From positions 301,954-365,953 of the forward strand of contig OZ245006.1 of NCBI GenBank assembly GCA_965223545.1: 64,000 bases of DNA. Reading direction: 5' to 3'. Each line of letters starts with the position of its first letter. Positions within the stretch are counted from its first letter, which is position 1. The notes below the pieces were generated by a model. It made no database searches, was not told the origin of the DNA, and saw only the letters and a program-made list of their open reading frames with translations. The DNA is from Planctomycetota bacterium. Its GTDB lineage: Bacteria > Planctomycetota > UBA1135 > UBA2386. Made by a program: the position numbers and the translations under genes. Below, in pieces: positions 8,303 through 18,121 of the stretch.

Positions 8303-9379
8303 CTACCAGGTCGCCAGCAGGGTGACGCCGTACATCCACAGCAGGAGCGACAGCCGGGCACGCACGCCGCCGAAACGGAACGCCAGCGGAAACGCGCAGC
8401 GCAACACCGGCACGTAGCAGGCGGTGAACGCGATCGCGAAGACCGCCACCCACGCCGCGCCAGGCCGCGCCCAGCCGATCCACCAGGCGCCGACCGGCAG
8501 CAGGCTGAGCAGCCAGCAGTAGCCGAGCAGCGCGCGCTTGGCCGACTCGAAGCCGATGCTGCGCACCAGACTGCGGCGGCCGACGACGGCGTCGTCCGGC
8601 AGCCGCGCCAGGTCGCGCAGATGCCGCTGCACCGCGCCGGCCAGCGCGCCGATCAGGCCCGCCGCCAGCCACGCCGGATGCGCCGGGCCACCGCCGAGCG
8701 AGCCGCCGACCGCGGCCAACACCGGACCGAAGATCGCGTACAGCGCCAGGTCGCCGAGCCGCCGCCACTTCATGCGCAACGGCGGCGCCACGTACTGCCA
8801 CGCAGCGAGCGCCCCGAGCGCACACAACGCCACCAGCTCCCAGCGCTGGTGCGCAATCGCCGCCGCGTGCCAAACGGCAACGCCGACCAACGCCATGACC
8901 ACGGCGCAGCGCACCAGCGCGCGCGGCGCCGGCAGCGCCGCCGCGGCCTCGCGGCCGCCACCGGTGCGCGCCCCGGGCACGGTGATCTCCGCGCGTTCGT
9001 GCGCTTCGCTCAGCAGGTTGGCGGCGCTGTGTAGCAGCACCACACCGACCACCACCGCCAGGGCGAGCGAGAACGGCGCCGGCCCGCCGATGCGCAAACC
9101 CAGCAGCAGCGGCAGCAGGCTCGCGACCAGCGTCTCGAGACGGCAAGCCGCCAGCACGCGCAGCGCGCGCGCCAGCAGCCCCGGGGCGACGCCGGCGGCC
9201 TCGGTGTAGCGCACCACCACCAGATCGTCGGTGCCGAGTGCGGCGGCGAGCTTGGACCGGCGCGCCCCACCCGCCGGATCGGTGACCGAGGCGATGTAGT
9301 CGACGCCATCGATCCGCACCCGCGGCGACCAGCGCAGCGCGCGCACCCGCGCGCTGCCTCGCGCCGCGGTTTCGATCAC
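8303..9379 (-). CDS. UbiA-family polyprenyltransferase-like membrane protein with a degenerate first Asp-rich motif
   Basis: Multiple TM helices. Segments PPLRMKWRRLGDLALYAIFGP and RDLARLPDDAVVGRRSLV resemble the UbiA/MenA core. The first NDxxDxxxD motif is replaced by SAANLLSEAHER. The GTG start overlaps the upstream stop as GTGA. Confidence 0.55.
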   Translation of the reverse strand: MIETAARGSARVRALRWSPRVRIDGVDYIASVTDPAGGARRSKLAAALGTDDLVVVRYTEAAGVAPGLLARALRVLAACRLETLVASLLPLLLGLRIGGPAPFSLALAVVVGVVLLHSAANLLSEAHERAEITVPGARTGGGREAAAALPAPRALVRCAVVMALVGVAVWHAAAIAHQRWELVALCALGALAAWQYVAPPLRMKWRRLGDLALYAIFGPVLAAVGGSLGGGPAHPAWLAAGLIGALAGAVQRHLRDLARLPDDAVVGRRSLVRSIGFESAKRALLGYCWLLSLLPVGAWWIGWARPGAAWVAVFAIAFTACYVPVLRCAFPLAFRFGGVRARLSLLLWMYGVTLLATW

Positions 9380-10518
9380 CGAGAGCGCCCCAGAAGCCGC
9401 CGCTGCAGGTCGACGAACAACCGGCCGAGGTCGTTGTCAGGCAGCTGCTCGGCATGCCGTTCGGCCAGCGCGACGTAGTCGCCCGCCAGCGCGCGGACGT
9501 CGGCAACCGCCGCCGCCAACTCGGCAGCCGAGAACAACGCGCCGCATAGCTGCCGGCTGCGCTCCGCGGAGCGCGGCGCCGGTGAGGCAAAGTAGTCCTG
9601 CAGCCTGGGCGCCGCCTGCGGCACCCGCCGCACCAGCGCGGCGGTGACCGCATTGGTCCGCGCCTCCTGCCAATCGCCGAAGGCCGGCTTGCCGCTGTCC
9701 GCAGCCTCAAAGTCGAGCACGTCGTCGGTCAGCTGGAACGCGACCCCGACCGTGCGCCCCATCGACGCATAGCTCCGGCGCGCGTCTTCTCCCAGCCCGG
9801 CCAGGTGCGCCGGCAACCACGTGCACAGCGACAACAACGCCGCCGTCTTCAGCTCGGCGACCTCGATGCAGGTCTCGACCGAGCCGTGGACCTCCCCCTG
9901 CAGCTCGTACTGCAGCACTTCGCCCGCGACCAAATCCTGCACTGCCCGCGCCACCCCGCGGATCGTCGCCACGTCGCCCAGCTCCGCGACGCGGTCCATC
10001 ACGTCGGCCAACAGCGCGTCGCCAGCGAGCACCGGGATGCGGTTGTCGTAGCTCGCATTGGCGCTGGGTAGATGACGCCGGCGGTCGGCGCGGTCGATGA
10101 CGTCATCGTGCAGGAGGCTGGCGGCGTGGATCATCTCCACCACGGTCGCGTAGCTGGCGAGCCGCGCGCCGGGGACGTCGAGCGCGCGGCCGAGGAGCCA
10201 AACCATCATCGGCCGCACCAGCTTGCCCTTCGAACGCAGCAAATGGCGCTTCGCTCCGCCCAAGCGCGGCACCAGCGCGTGCACCGGCTCCGCCTCGAGC
10301 TCGGCGAGCAACTGTTGCACGGAGGCGACGACCTGATCCCGGTGCGCATACAGAATGCGGGCGCGCGCCGGCTTCGACCGCCGACTCGACTCTGGCACCT
10401 CCTGCTGCGGATCGATTTGGGTCACGGACAAGAGCCACGATATCCAGCCGCGCCAGGCCAGGACAAACGCGTTTCCACCCGACCGGCGGGCGCCCGCCCA
10501 TGCCAGCGGAACTATCAT
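9376..10518 (-). CDS. Polyprenyl diphosphate synthase (IspB/GGPPS family); start uncertain, about 10425-10518
   Basis: FARM motif LLHDDVIDRADRRR and SARM motif FQLTDDVLDF. Translationally coupled to the downstream UbiA-like gene. Confidence 0.8.
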   Translation of the reverse strand: MIVPLAWAGARRSGGNAFVLAWRGWISWLLSVTQIDPQQEVPESSRRSKPARARILYAHRDQVVASVQQLLAELEAEPVHALVPRLGGAKRHLLRSKGKLVRPMMVWLLGRALDVPGARLASYATVVEMIHAASLLHDDVIDRADRRRHLPSANASYDNRIPVLAGDALLADVMDRVAELGDVATIRGVARAVQDLVAGEVLQYELQGEVHGSVETCIEVAELKTAALLSLCTWLPAHLAGLGEDARRSYASMGRTVGVAFQLTDDVLDFEAADSGKPAFGDWQEARTNAVTAALVRRVPQAAPRLQDYFASPAPRSAERSRQLCGALFSAAELAAAVADVRALAGDYVALAERHAEQLPDNDLGRLFVDLQRRLLGRSR

Positions 10519-10527
10519 CGCGGGCCG

Positions 10528-11697
10528 ATGCCCGCCGCCGAGTCCGCACCCCGACCCCCCGACACCCCGGCCGCCGGACCGGCCGATCGCCACCCGCGAC
10601 GGACGTGGTTTCGCCGCCATCCGCGCCTCGCCGGCGCCGCGGTGCTGATCGCGGGCACCGTGCTCCTCGACGTCGCGACCGCGAACATTCTTCGCGCCTG
10701 CGGTGTGCGTTGGGGCGAGGCCCCCGACGCCCAGTACCGGGTCGAGCATCCCGTCTACCACCACGGCCTGCGCCCCAACGTGACCGTCGAGCGCGCCCGC
10801 TGGGGGGCCCACCACTATTCGGTGTTCACCAACTCCCTGGGATTCCGCGACCGCGAGGTCCGCCAGGTCGCGCTGCGGACCGACAGCGATCGCGTGCTCT
10901 TGATCGGCGACTCGTTCACCGAGGGCATCGGCCTCGACTACGACGTGACCTTCGCCGGCCTGCTGCAGGAGCGCTTGCGCCCCCGCGGCATCGACGTGCT
11001 CAACGCCGCTGCGGTCAGCTACGCGCCCGTGATCTACGAGCGCAAGGTGCGCCACTTGCTGGATACCCAGGACTTGCAGGTCAGCGACGTCGTGGTCTGC
11101 CTCGACATCTCGGACATCCAGGACGAAGCCGAGTACTACCGCGAGGCGACCGACGGCACGCTGGTCACCGACAAGCACAACCCGATCTCCGAGGCCTACA
11201 AGCGCTTCATCGCGAACCACACGATCGCGCTCAAGACGATCGCCGCCTGGGTCAGAGCGCTGCGCCAGCGCAACGACGAAGCGATGGGTGTGACCGCGGC
11301 CACGGGGGTGTGGCGCGCGCAGTGGACCTTCGACGATCGCGCGTTCGAGCAGTACGGCCGCCGCGGGCTCGAGCTTGCCACCGCGCACATGGATGCCCTC
11401 GCGGCTCTGCTCGAAGCGCGCGGCATACGCCTGATGGTCGCGGTCTACCCGTGGCCGGATCAGCTCATCGCCGACACCGCCGACTCGCGCCAGGTACGCC
11501 ACTGGCGAGACTGGTGTGCGCAGCACGGTGCGACTTTCGTCGACTGCTTCGCGCCGTTCTTCCTCGCGGACCCGGACGCGGAGGCGGTCATCGAACGCCA
11601 CTTCATTCCGGGCGATACGCACTGGAACGTGCACGGGCACGCGCTGGTCGCGAAGGAGATCGGCACGGCTTTGGCGCGCGTGCTCGGCGGGCACTGA
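10528..11697 (+). CDS. SGNH/GDSL-family hydrolase, membrane-anchored
   Basis: N-terminal TM helix. Block I LLIGDSFTEG. Block V GDTHWNVHGHALVA at the C-terminus. Confidence 0.7.
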   Translation: MPAAESAPRPPDTPAAGPADRHPRRTWFRRHPRLAGAAVLIAGTVLLDVATANILRACGVRWGEAPDAQYRVEHPVYHHGLRPNVTVERARWGAHHYSVFTNSLGFRDREVRQVALRTDSDRVLLIGDSFTEGIGLDYDVTFAGLLQERLRPRGIDVLNAAAVSYAPVIYERKVRHLLDTQDLQVSDVVVCLDISDIQDEAEYYREATDGTLVTDKHNPISEAYKRFIANHTIALKTIAAWVRALRQRNDEAMGVTAATGVWRAQWTFDDRAFEQYGRRGLELATAHMDALAALLEARGIRLMVAVYPWPDQLIADTADSRQVRHWRDWCAQHGATFVDCFAPFFLADPDAEAVIERHFIPGDTHWNVHGHALVAKEIGTALARVLGGH

Positions 11698-11742
11698 GGC
11701 GGCGGTCCTTCGGTATCCTCGTTCAGCGGAGAGAGCCTGTCT

Positions 11743-11919
11743 TCAATCGGCCCGCGGCGGCCAGGCGGCGACGAACCAGGCCACGGTCGCGGCCAGCGCC
11801 ACCCCGGCCACCTGCGATCGGGTCAGGACACCGGCGAACGCCAAGCACGCCGGAGCCAGGATGCCGGCCACCAGCGCGCCGTAGCCGATCGCCGCGCGCA
11901 CTCGCGCACCCCCACTCAC
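11743..11919 (-). CDS. Small (about 58 aa) two-helix membrane protein translationally coupled to the upstream permease
   Basis: The GTG start overlaps the permease stop as GTGA. There are two hydrophobic helices and high GC3. Confidence 0.45.
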   Translation of the reverse strand: MSGGARVRAAIGYGALVAGILAPACLAFAGVLTRSQVAGVALAATVAWFVAAWPPRAD

Positions 11920-13346
11920 GCCGGCCTCCGGACGCGCGGCGCCACCACTGCGTATAGCACCCCACACGCGAGCCACGCCGGCAACGTCGTGAAGGAGGGG
12001 AACACTCCGGCACGCCAGGCCACCGCAGCTCCCGCCACGGGGAGCAGCCAGGCGACGAGCACCGCGCCGTTGACAGCGCGGCCGCGTGCCAGCGCCCACT
12101 CGGGCTGCAGCGACAAGCGCCGCGCGAGCAGGCGGTCGACGACGATGACCGCGCCGACCGGGGCCAGGATCGTGCCGTAGATGCCGACGAAGCCGAGCAG
12201 CTGCATGGCGAAGGCCGGGAACAGGCCGGCGACCGTCGCCAAGCCACCGGCGAGCAGGGTGACCGCGGTGCGCGACGAGCGCGGCGCCACGGCTTGGAAG
12301 GCCAAGCCCGCGCGGTAGATCGTCGGGTTGGCCGTGGTCCAGCCGGCCACGAGCACGCACAGCACCCCGACAAGGCCGAGCGCGTCGTAAGCCATCGGTC
12401 CCGGCAAGACCGCCGGTGCGACGCCGTTGGCCAGCTGGGCCTGCGCCGCCGGCGTGCGCAGCTGCACCGCGTACAGGAGCGCCGCCGCGATCCAGGCCAT
12501 GTAGTGGCCGATGAACATGCCCGCTGCCGAGGCCCAGCCGGCGCGCGGGCTGCGCGCGTAGCGGAGCACCGACAGATCGGCCATGCCGATGTGCATGGCG
12601 GCGTTGCAGAACCACGCGAAGAACACGACGTGCCAGAAGCCGAAGTGCGTCTGGCCGGGGAGCGGTGCGCCACCCGGCCAGATCTCGGTGCTCGCGACGT
12701 GCCAGAAGTCGGCCGGCGATTGCACTCCCAACCGCGGCAGGGCGACCAGACCACAGGCCAAGAACACCACCACCATCCACGGCGCGGCGACGTTGGCAAA
12801 CCGCGACACCGCTGCGTAGCCGCGCGCGGCGACCACCGAGATCACCGCGCCGACGCCGACCACAACCGCGACCCAGGCAGCACCGGTGGGCATCCAGGTG
12901 TCCAGGCCCGGCATCGGCATGTCGAACGGGATGCCGACCGCAGTCGCCGACACCGTGATCATCGCCCCGGCCAAAAAGCAGAACAGCACGCCGTTGGCGA
13001 GGTTGTAGAGCACGACCAGCCGGCGGCCGCAGATTCGCTCCAGCTGGTAGTAGAGCGTCAACCGCGAGCGCGTCGCGATCTCCGCGCAGAGGAAGCGCCA
13101 GCACAGCACCGCCAGCAGGTTGCCCAGCAACAGGCCGGCGAAGAGATCGACCGCGCTGACCCCGGCGGCGAGGAACAGCGGACCGATCATGAACTCGGTG
13201 CCGGCGGCGTGCTCGCCGGCGTACATCCCCCAAAACCAACGCGGTCCCTTGCGCGCTGCGGCTGGAACCGGCCGGCGCTCGAACTCGTCGCCGGCTGCCA
13301 CCGGCTCTGCGGAGGTGGCGGGGGCCGCGTTCTCCGGGGCATCCAT
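11916..13346 (-). CDS. Polytopic permease, NCS1 (nucleobase:cation symporter-1)-like
   Basis: It has about 12 predicted TM helices. Overall resemblance to cytosine/purine permeases is by eye only. Confidence 0.5.
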   Translation of the reverse strand: MDAPENAAPATSAEPVAAGDEFERRPVPAAARKGPRWFWGMYAGEHAAGTEFMIGPLFLAAGVSAVDLFAGLLLGNLLAVLCWRFLCAEIATRSRLTLYYQLERICGRRLVVLYNLANGVLFCFLAGAMITVSATAVGIPFDMPMPGLDTWMPTGAAWVAVVVGVGAVISVVAARGYAAVSRFANVAAPWMVVVFLACGLVALPRLGVQSPADFWHVASTEIWPGGAPLPGQTHFGFWHVVFFAWFCNAAMHIGMADLSVLRYARSPRAGWASAAGMFIGHYMAWIAAALLYAVQLRTPAAQAQLANGVAPAVLPGPMAYDALGLVGVLCVLVAGWTTANPTIYRAGLAFQAVAPRSSRTAVTLLAGGLATVAGLFPAFAMQLLGFVGIYGTILAPVGAVIVVDRLLARRLSLQPEWALARGRAVNGAVLVAWLLPVAGAAVAWRAGVFPSFTTLPAWLACGVLYAVVAPRVRRPA

Positions 13347-13355
13347 TGGAGAAGG

Positions 13356-14675
13356 CTACATCGCCCCACCATCCGGCGCCGGCGGCGCGGCCGCACCGTC
13401 GTTGATGAGGCCTTCGCTGCGCGCGACGCAGGTCGCCACCGTCGCGTCGCCGGTCACGTTCAACACCGTGCGGCACATGTCGAGCGGACGGTCGACCCCG
13501 AGGATCAGTGCAATGCCCTCGGCCGGCACTTCGATCTGCGCCAGGACGATGGTCAGCATGACGATGCCGACGCCGGGCACGGCCGCGGTGCCGATCGACG
13601 CCAACGCCGCCGTGAGGACGATCATCAGCTGATCGCCCACCGTGAGTGGGATGCCGTAGAAGGTGGCGATGAACACCGCCGCGACGCCCTGATACAGCCC
13701 GGTGCCGTCCATGTTGACGGTCGCGCCCAGCGGCAGCACGAAGCTCGACACCTCCTCGTCGACGCCGACTCCCTTCTCGACGCAGTCGATGGTGACTGGC
13801 AACGTCGCACCGGACGAGCTCGAGCTGAACGCGAGCAGCTGCGCCGGCGCCATCGCGGCGAAGAACTTGCGCACCGGCACCTTGCCGACGAAGCGCAGCA
13901 GCGGCAGGTAGACCAACATCGCGTGCAAGGTGAGCGCGGCGACGACGGTCAGCATGTAGCCGAGCAGGGCCGCGGCCAGATCTCCCAGCTGCTCGGCGTC
14001 ACTGCCGAACTCGGCGATCACCGACGCCATCAGCGCGAACACGCCGATCGGCGCGATACGCATGATCAGATGCACCATCTCGATGATGGCATCCGACAAC
14101 AGCGAGAACACTTCGACCACGTGCTCGACGCTCTTCTTGTTGCGCAACCGCGTCAGCGCGATGCCGAGCAACAGCGAGAAGAACACGACCTGCAACATCT
14201 TGCCGTCGTAGGCGTTGGCCAGCGCGTAGAAGGGGTTGGTCGGCACGATGTCGACCAGCTGGTCGCCGATGCTGACCGCCTTCGCGGTCTCGACCCGCTG
14301 GCCGGCGTCGGCGGCGAACCGCTCCATCAGCCGGTCGGCGCTCTCCCGCGACAGGTTGGAGCCGGGTTGCACGATGTTGGCCACCAACAATCCGACCGTG
14401 ATCGCCACCGCGGTGGTGCCCAGGTACAGCACCAGCGTCTTGCCGCCGATGCGCCCCACCTTGGCGGTGTCGTTGAGGCTGGCGACGCCCGCCACCAGCG
14501 AGAACAGCACCAGCGGCACCGCGATCATCTTCAGCAGATTGAGGAAGATGGTGCCGAACGGCTTGATCCAAACCAGGATGTGCTCGGCGTGCCCCATCTG
14601 GGCCGCGACGATGCCGTAGGTGACCCCGGCCGCCATCGACAGAAGGATCCACCAGTGCAGGGCGAGCTTGGTCAT
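13356..14675 (-). CDS. Dicarboxylate/amino acid:cation symporter (DAACS family, GltP/DctA-like)
   Basis: Sodium:dicarboxylate symporter hallmarks are present throughout, for example SSSSGATLP, GATVNMDGTG and NVTGDATVA. Confidence 0.85.
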   Translation of the reverse strand: MTKLALHWWILLSMAAGVTYGIVAAQMGHAEHILVWIKPFGTIFLNLLKMIAVPLVLFSLVAGVASLNDTAKVGRIGGKTLVLYLGTTAVAITVGLLVANIVQPGSNLSRESADRLMERFAADAGQRVETAKAVSIGDQLVDIVPTNPFYALANAYDGKMLQVVFFSLLLGIALTRLRNKKSVEHVVEVFSLLSDAIIEMVHLIMRIAPIGVFALMASVIAEFGSDAEQLGDLAAALLGYMLTVVAALTLHAMLVYLPLLRFVGKVPVRKFFAAMAPAQLLAFSSSSSGATLPVTIDCVEKGVGVDEEVSSFVLPLGATVNMDGTGLYQGVAAVFIATFYGIPLTVGDQLMIVLTAALASIGTAAVPGVGIVMLTIVLAQIEVPAEGIALILGVDRPLDMCRTVLNVTGDATVATCVARSEGLINDGAAAPPAPDGGAM

Positions 14676-14728
14676 CCGCAGAAGGCTATCCTAAGACCGC
14701 CCCCACACCGAAGGGCGCGGGCGCGGGA

Positions 14729-16447
14729 TCACCGCGGCGTAGTGCGGACGCGGTGCCGCTGAGCGCTGGGCTCGACCCAGAGGAAGCGCGGCGTGAAGCC
14801 CGCGCCGGTGACCGCGCGGCCCTGGAACCGCCGGTGCAGCAACGCCGTGCTGCGCGGGTAGTAAAGCACCGTGACCGGCTGCTCGTCGCGCAGCACGCTC
14901 GCCAGCTCGTGGAACGCGCGTTGCCGCGCCTCCTGGTCGGCGGCACCGCGCACCGCTTCGAGCGCCCGGTCGGCGGCGGCGCTGCGGTAACGCATCCAGT
15001 TCATGCCGGTCGCGGTGGCTTGTGAGGAGTGGAACACGGCGTAGCCGTCGTTCCAGACGTCCGGACTGAAGAAGTAGACGTAGCCGTCGAAGTCGCGCGC
15101 ACCGATCCGCTGCTGCAGCACCGGCACCGCCGCGGACTGCACGGTGAGCACCACTCCGGCCCGCGCCAAGTCGGCGGCGCACAGCTCGAGCGCGGCACGG
15201 TGGTCCGGCGTGCCCTCGTGCACCAGAAGCTCCAGCTCGAGTGGCTTCGCCCCCTCCGCTTCCCCGCGCGCCCCCCGCAACGCCGGCCGCAGCGCGCCGA
15301 GGTCGCGCCCGAGTGGCGGCACGTCGTCATCGCGCCCGTACGCCGGGTGGAACCAGCCGCGCGCCTGCTCGGCGCGCGGCCCGAGCAGCCGGGCGATCGC
15401 CGCGGTGTCCATCGCCATGCCGAGCGCGCGCCGCACCCCGGCGTCGCGGAACGGAGCGCGCTCGTGGTTCCAGACGATGAAGCAGACGCCGATGGTGCGA
15501 TAGCCGTAGACCAAGGCCCGGTATTCACGCGCCAACGTCGCGTCGGCCGCGAGGGTCGCCTCGGGGTCGCGGTCGGGGGCGAAGTCGACGTCGCCGGCGC
15601 CCAGGGCGGCGCGCAGCGCCGCCGGGTCGCCGAAGTGCCGCAGCCGAATCCCGGCGAGGTTCCAACCCGCCCGATCCGTAGCCCGCTGCCAGCTGTGCTC
15701 GTTCTGCAACAGGAGCAGCTCGCGATCGGTGGCGCTCGCCAGCCGATACGGCCCACTGCCGGGACCACACTCCGACACACCCAGCAGCAGCTCGCCGAAG
15801 CGGGGATCGCCCACCGCCGGCGCGGCGGCATCGCCAGCGGCGTGTGCGGCGGCGGCGACCGCGTCTTCGACCGCGGCGCGGCAAACCACGGGACAACGCA
15901 CCAGGACGCGTTCGAGTGCCGCGTAGCCCGCCTCGCGCAGCGTCAGGCGCAGCCGCCACGGCCCGCTCGGCTCGACGTGCTCGACCGCGCGCAGCGCCGG
16001 CCAGATGCTGCCTGGCAACGGGTGCCCGGCAGCGGCCAACTCGAACGGCAGCAGCACGTCCTCGACCTGCATCGGTGTGCCGTCGGCGAACACCACGTCG
16101 TCGCGCAGCTCGAGCTCGAAGGTGCGCGCCTCGCGCCCCGGCTGCCAATCGCGCACGACGGCAGGCACCAGACGGACCTCGTCCTCGTCGATCCGAGCCA
16201 GGGTGTCGTAGACCCGCGCCAAGAGATGGTTGCGGGCGAGCGAGTCGGTGCAGGTCAGGAGGTTGCGCTGCCGGATCGGGGCCGCCGTCGCCATCACCAG
16301 CAGGTCGCCCTGCGGCCGGGCGCGCCCATCCTCCAGCACCACCTCGTGCTCGTCGCGCGGCGCCGCGCCCGCCAGCGCCCAGAGGCCCAACGCGCCGATG
16401 CCGGCCACCGCCAGCAGCGACCACAACACCGTCGTGGTGGTCCGCAC
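14729..16447 (-). CDS. ABC-transporter-type solute-binding protein, family 5 (peptide/nickel); orphan
   Basis: SBP_bac_5 pattern. GTG start at 16447 gives a signal peptide MRTTTTVLWSLLAVAGIGALG. No permease or ATPase genes are adjacent. Confidence 0.75.
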   Translation of the reverse strand: MRTTTTVLWSLLAVAGIGALGLWALAGAAPRDEHEVVLEDGRARPQGDLLVMATAAPIRQRNLLTCTDSLARNHLLARVYDTLARIDEDEVRLVPAVVRDWQPGREARTFELELRDDVVFADGTPMQVEDVLLPFELAAAGHPLPGSIWPALRAVEHVEPSGPWRLRLTLREAGYAALERVLVRCPVVCRAAVEDAVAAAAHAAGDAAAPAVGDPRFGELLLGVSECGPGSGPYRLASATDRELLLLQNEHSWQRATDRAGWNLAGIRLRHFGDPAALRAALGAGDVDFAPDRDPEATLAADATLAREYRALVYGYRTIGVCFIVWNHERAPFRDAGVRRALGMAMDTAAIARLLGPRAEQARGWFHPAYGRDDDVPPLGRDLGALRPALRGARGEAEGAKPLELELLVHEGTPDHRAALELCAADLARAGVVLTVQSAAVPVLQQRIGARDFDGYVYFFSPDVWNDGYAVFHSSQATATGMNWMRYRSAAADRALEAVRGAADQEARQRAFHELASVLRDEQPVTVLYYPRSTALLHRRFQGRAVTGAGFTPRFLWVEPSAQRHRVRTTPR

Positions 16448-16544
16448 GACGTCTGATCCTACTGCTCTGCGGAGAGCCGGAGCAAAGCAAACCGACCCGC
16501 CCACGGCTGCGCGCCCCGGCGCCAGCGCCGATACTGGGATCGCC

Positions 16545-18110
16545 GTGTCGACGACCGCAAGCTCCCGTCCCCGCCGCTCGCGGTTTGCCCTGCTGCTGTT
16601 CGGTGTGGCCGCCGGCCTGGTGGCGTTCGAGCTCGCAGCGCAGACCGTGGCCTACGTGATCTGGCACACCGAGCGCCAATCGCCAAGCACCGCGACCGGC
16701 ACGTCCGCGGTTCTCTGCGTCGGCGACTCCAACACGTTCGGTATGGGGGCTTCGTCGGCGGAGTATTCGTACCCGGCGCGGTTGCAGCGCCGGCTGGACC
16801 GGGCGCAGCCCGGCCGTTGGCGCGTCGTCAACGGCGGCCGCCCCGGCCGCAACTCGGAGGAGCTGGTCCGCGCCCTGCCACTGCAGCTGCAGCGCTACCG
16901 CCCGCGTCTGGTGTACGTGCTGGTGGGCTTCAACGACGGCTGGTCGAACGCCGCGGCCGTCACCGATGCGCTGACCGTGGATGCGGACGCCTTCCCACTG
17001 CGCTGGCGGACCGGCCGCCTGCTGGCGTTGGCCGCACGGTGGTGGTCGGCCGTCTCCGACGACGGCCCGGCGCGCGAGCCGCTGACCGCGGGCGACTGGC
17101 ACGACAGGGAGCGAAGGCTCGCGCTATCGCTGGCGGCGGACGGGTGCTGCACCATCAACGGTACGGACGCCTTCTGGGAGCAGCGTGGCGAGCAGCTGGT
17201 GTTCACCATGGAGAACGGCGCGCGATGGCCGGTGACCTGGCGCCGAAAGGCCGAGCGACTGATCCTCGCCCGCGCCGGCCAGCCCATCTTCGACGGTGCT
17301 CCGGGGCGCGCACCGGCGGGAGACGGCGCACCGCGCCAGGCGATCTTCTTCGCCGCGCCGCCGCCGATGCCGTCCTCCGATCCTCGCTTCGAAGCAGAGT
17401 TTGCCAAGGCGTGCGCGCAGCTGCGGACCGACCCGACCGACGCGGCGCTCTGGAAGCGACTGGCTGCGTTCGAGCTGGACGCCCACCACCTACAACAGCT
17501 GGAGCACGTCCTGCGCGATGCGATTTCCACGACGACCGACGCCCCACCGCGGGCCCGCTTGCTGCGCGGCCTGTGCTCGGTGCCAGGCAAACCGCTCGAC
17601 GACCGATTGCGCTGGGCGCTGGAGGCGGCGACGCTCGACGGCGACGGCACCGCGGTCGTGCGCCTTTTGGCGCTGGCGTCGCCGCCAGTGGACCGCGCGC
17701 GCTTCGATGCTTTGGTGACGGAGGTCGCCGATGCCTCCGGCCGCGCAGCCCTGGCCCAGCTGTTCGACCGGCGCCCCCCTCCGCATGGACCCGGCGACGT
17801 CTCCGTGCTGGCGCACAACCTCCGCCGCGCGGTGCAGCTGTGCCGTGACGGTGGCGCGGAGTGCGTGTTGCTCGACTACCCACAGGTGGTGCCCGCCGTG
17901 CGCGCCACGGCCGACGGGCTGGCCGAGGAGCTCGGCCTCGGCCGCGTCGCCGTGCGCGCAGCGTTCGAGCAAGCGCTGGCTACGGCGAAGCCAACCGACC
18001 TGTTCGTCGCCGATGGGCACTGCAGCGACGCGGGCTACGCCGTGCTGGCTGAGGCGGTTTGGCAGGACGCGCGCCGGCGGTTGGCGGTGCCCGATGACGG
18101 GCCGCGGTAG
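16545..18110 (+). CDS. SGNH hydrolase with a large (about 330 aa) helical insertion between catalytic blocks
   Basis: GTG start and N-terminal TM helix. Block I LCVGDSNTFGMG, block II NGGRPG and block III GFNDGWSN are near the N-terminus. Block V DGHCSDAGYAVLA is near the C-terminus. Confidence 0.65.
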   Translation: MSTTASSRPRRSRFALLLFGVAAGLVAFELAAQTVAYVIWHTERQSPSTATGTSAVLCVGDSNTFGMGASSAEYSYPARLQRRLDRAQPGRWRVVNGGRPGRNSEELVRALPLQLQRYRPRLVYVLVGFNDGWSNAAAVTDALTVDADAFPLRWRTGRLLALAARWWSAVSDDGPAREPLTAGDWHDRERRLALSLAADGCCTINGTDAFWEQRGEQLVFTMENGARWPVTWRRKAERLILARAGQPIFDGAPGRAPAGDGAPRQAIFFAAPPPMPSSDPRFEAEFAKACAQLRTDPTDAALWKRLAAFELDAHHLQQLEHVLRDAISTTTDAPPRARLLRGLCSVPGKPLDDRLRWALEAATLDGDGTAVVRLLALASPPVDRARFDALVTEVADASGRAALAQLFDRRPPPHGPGDVSVLAHNLRRAVQLCRDGGAECVLLDYPQVVPAVRATADGLAEELGLGRVAVRAAFEQALATAKPTDLFVADGHCSDAGYAVLAEAVWQDARRRLAVPDDGPR

Positions 18111-18121
18111 CCGGGTGGCCC

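Noticed and set aside
12294-14762. 822-aa plus-strand ORF across the transporter genes
   Set aside because: It is antisense to well-supported DAACS and permease genes. The translation is Arg/His/Asp-rich with no TM helices or motifs.
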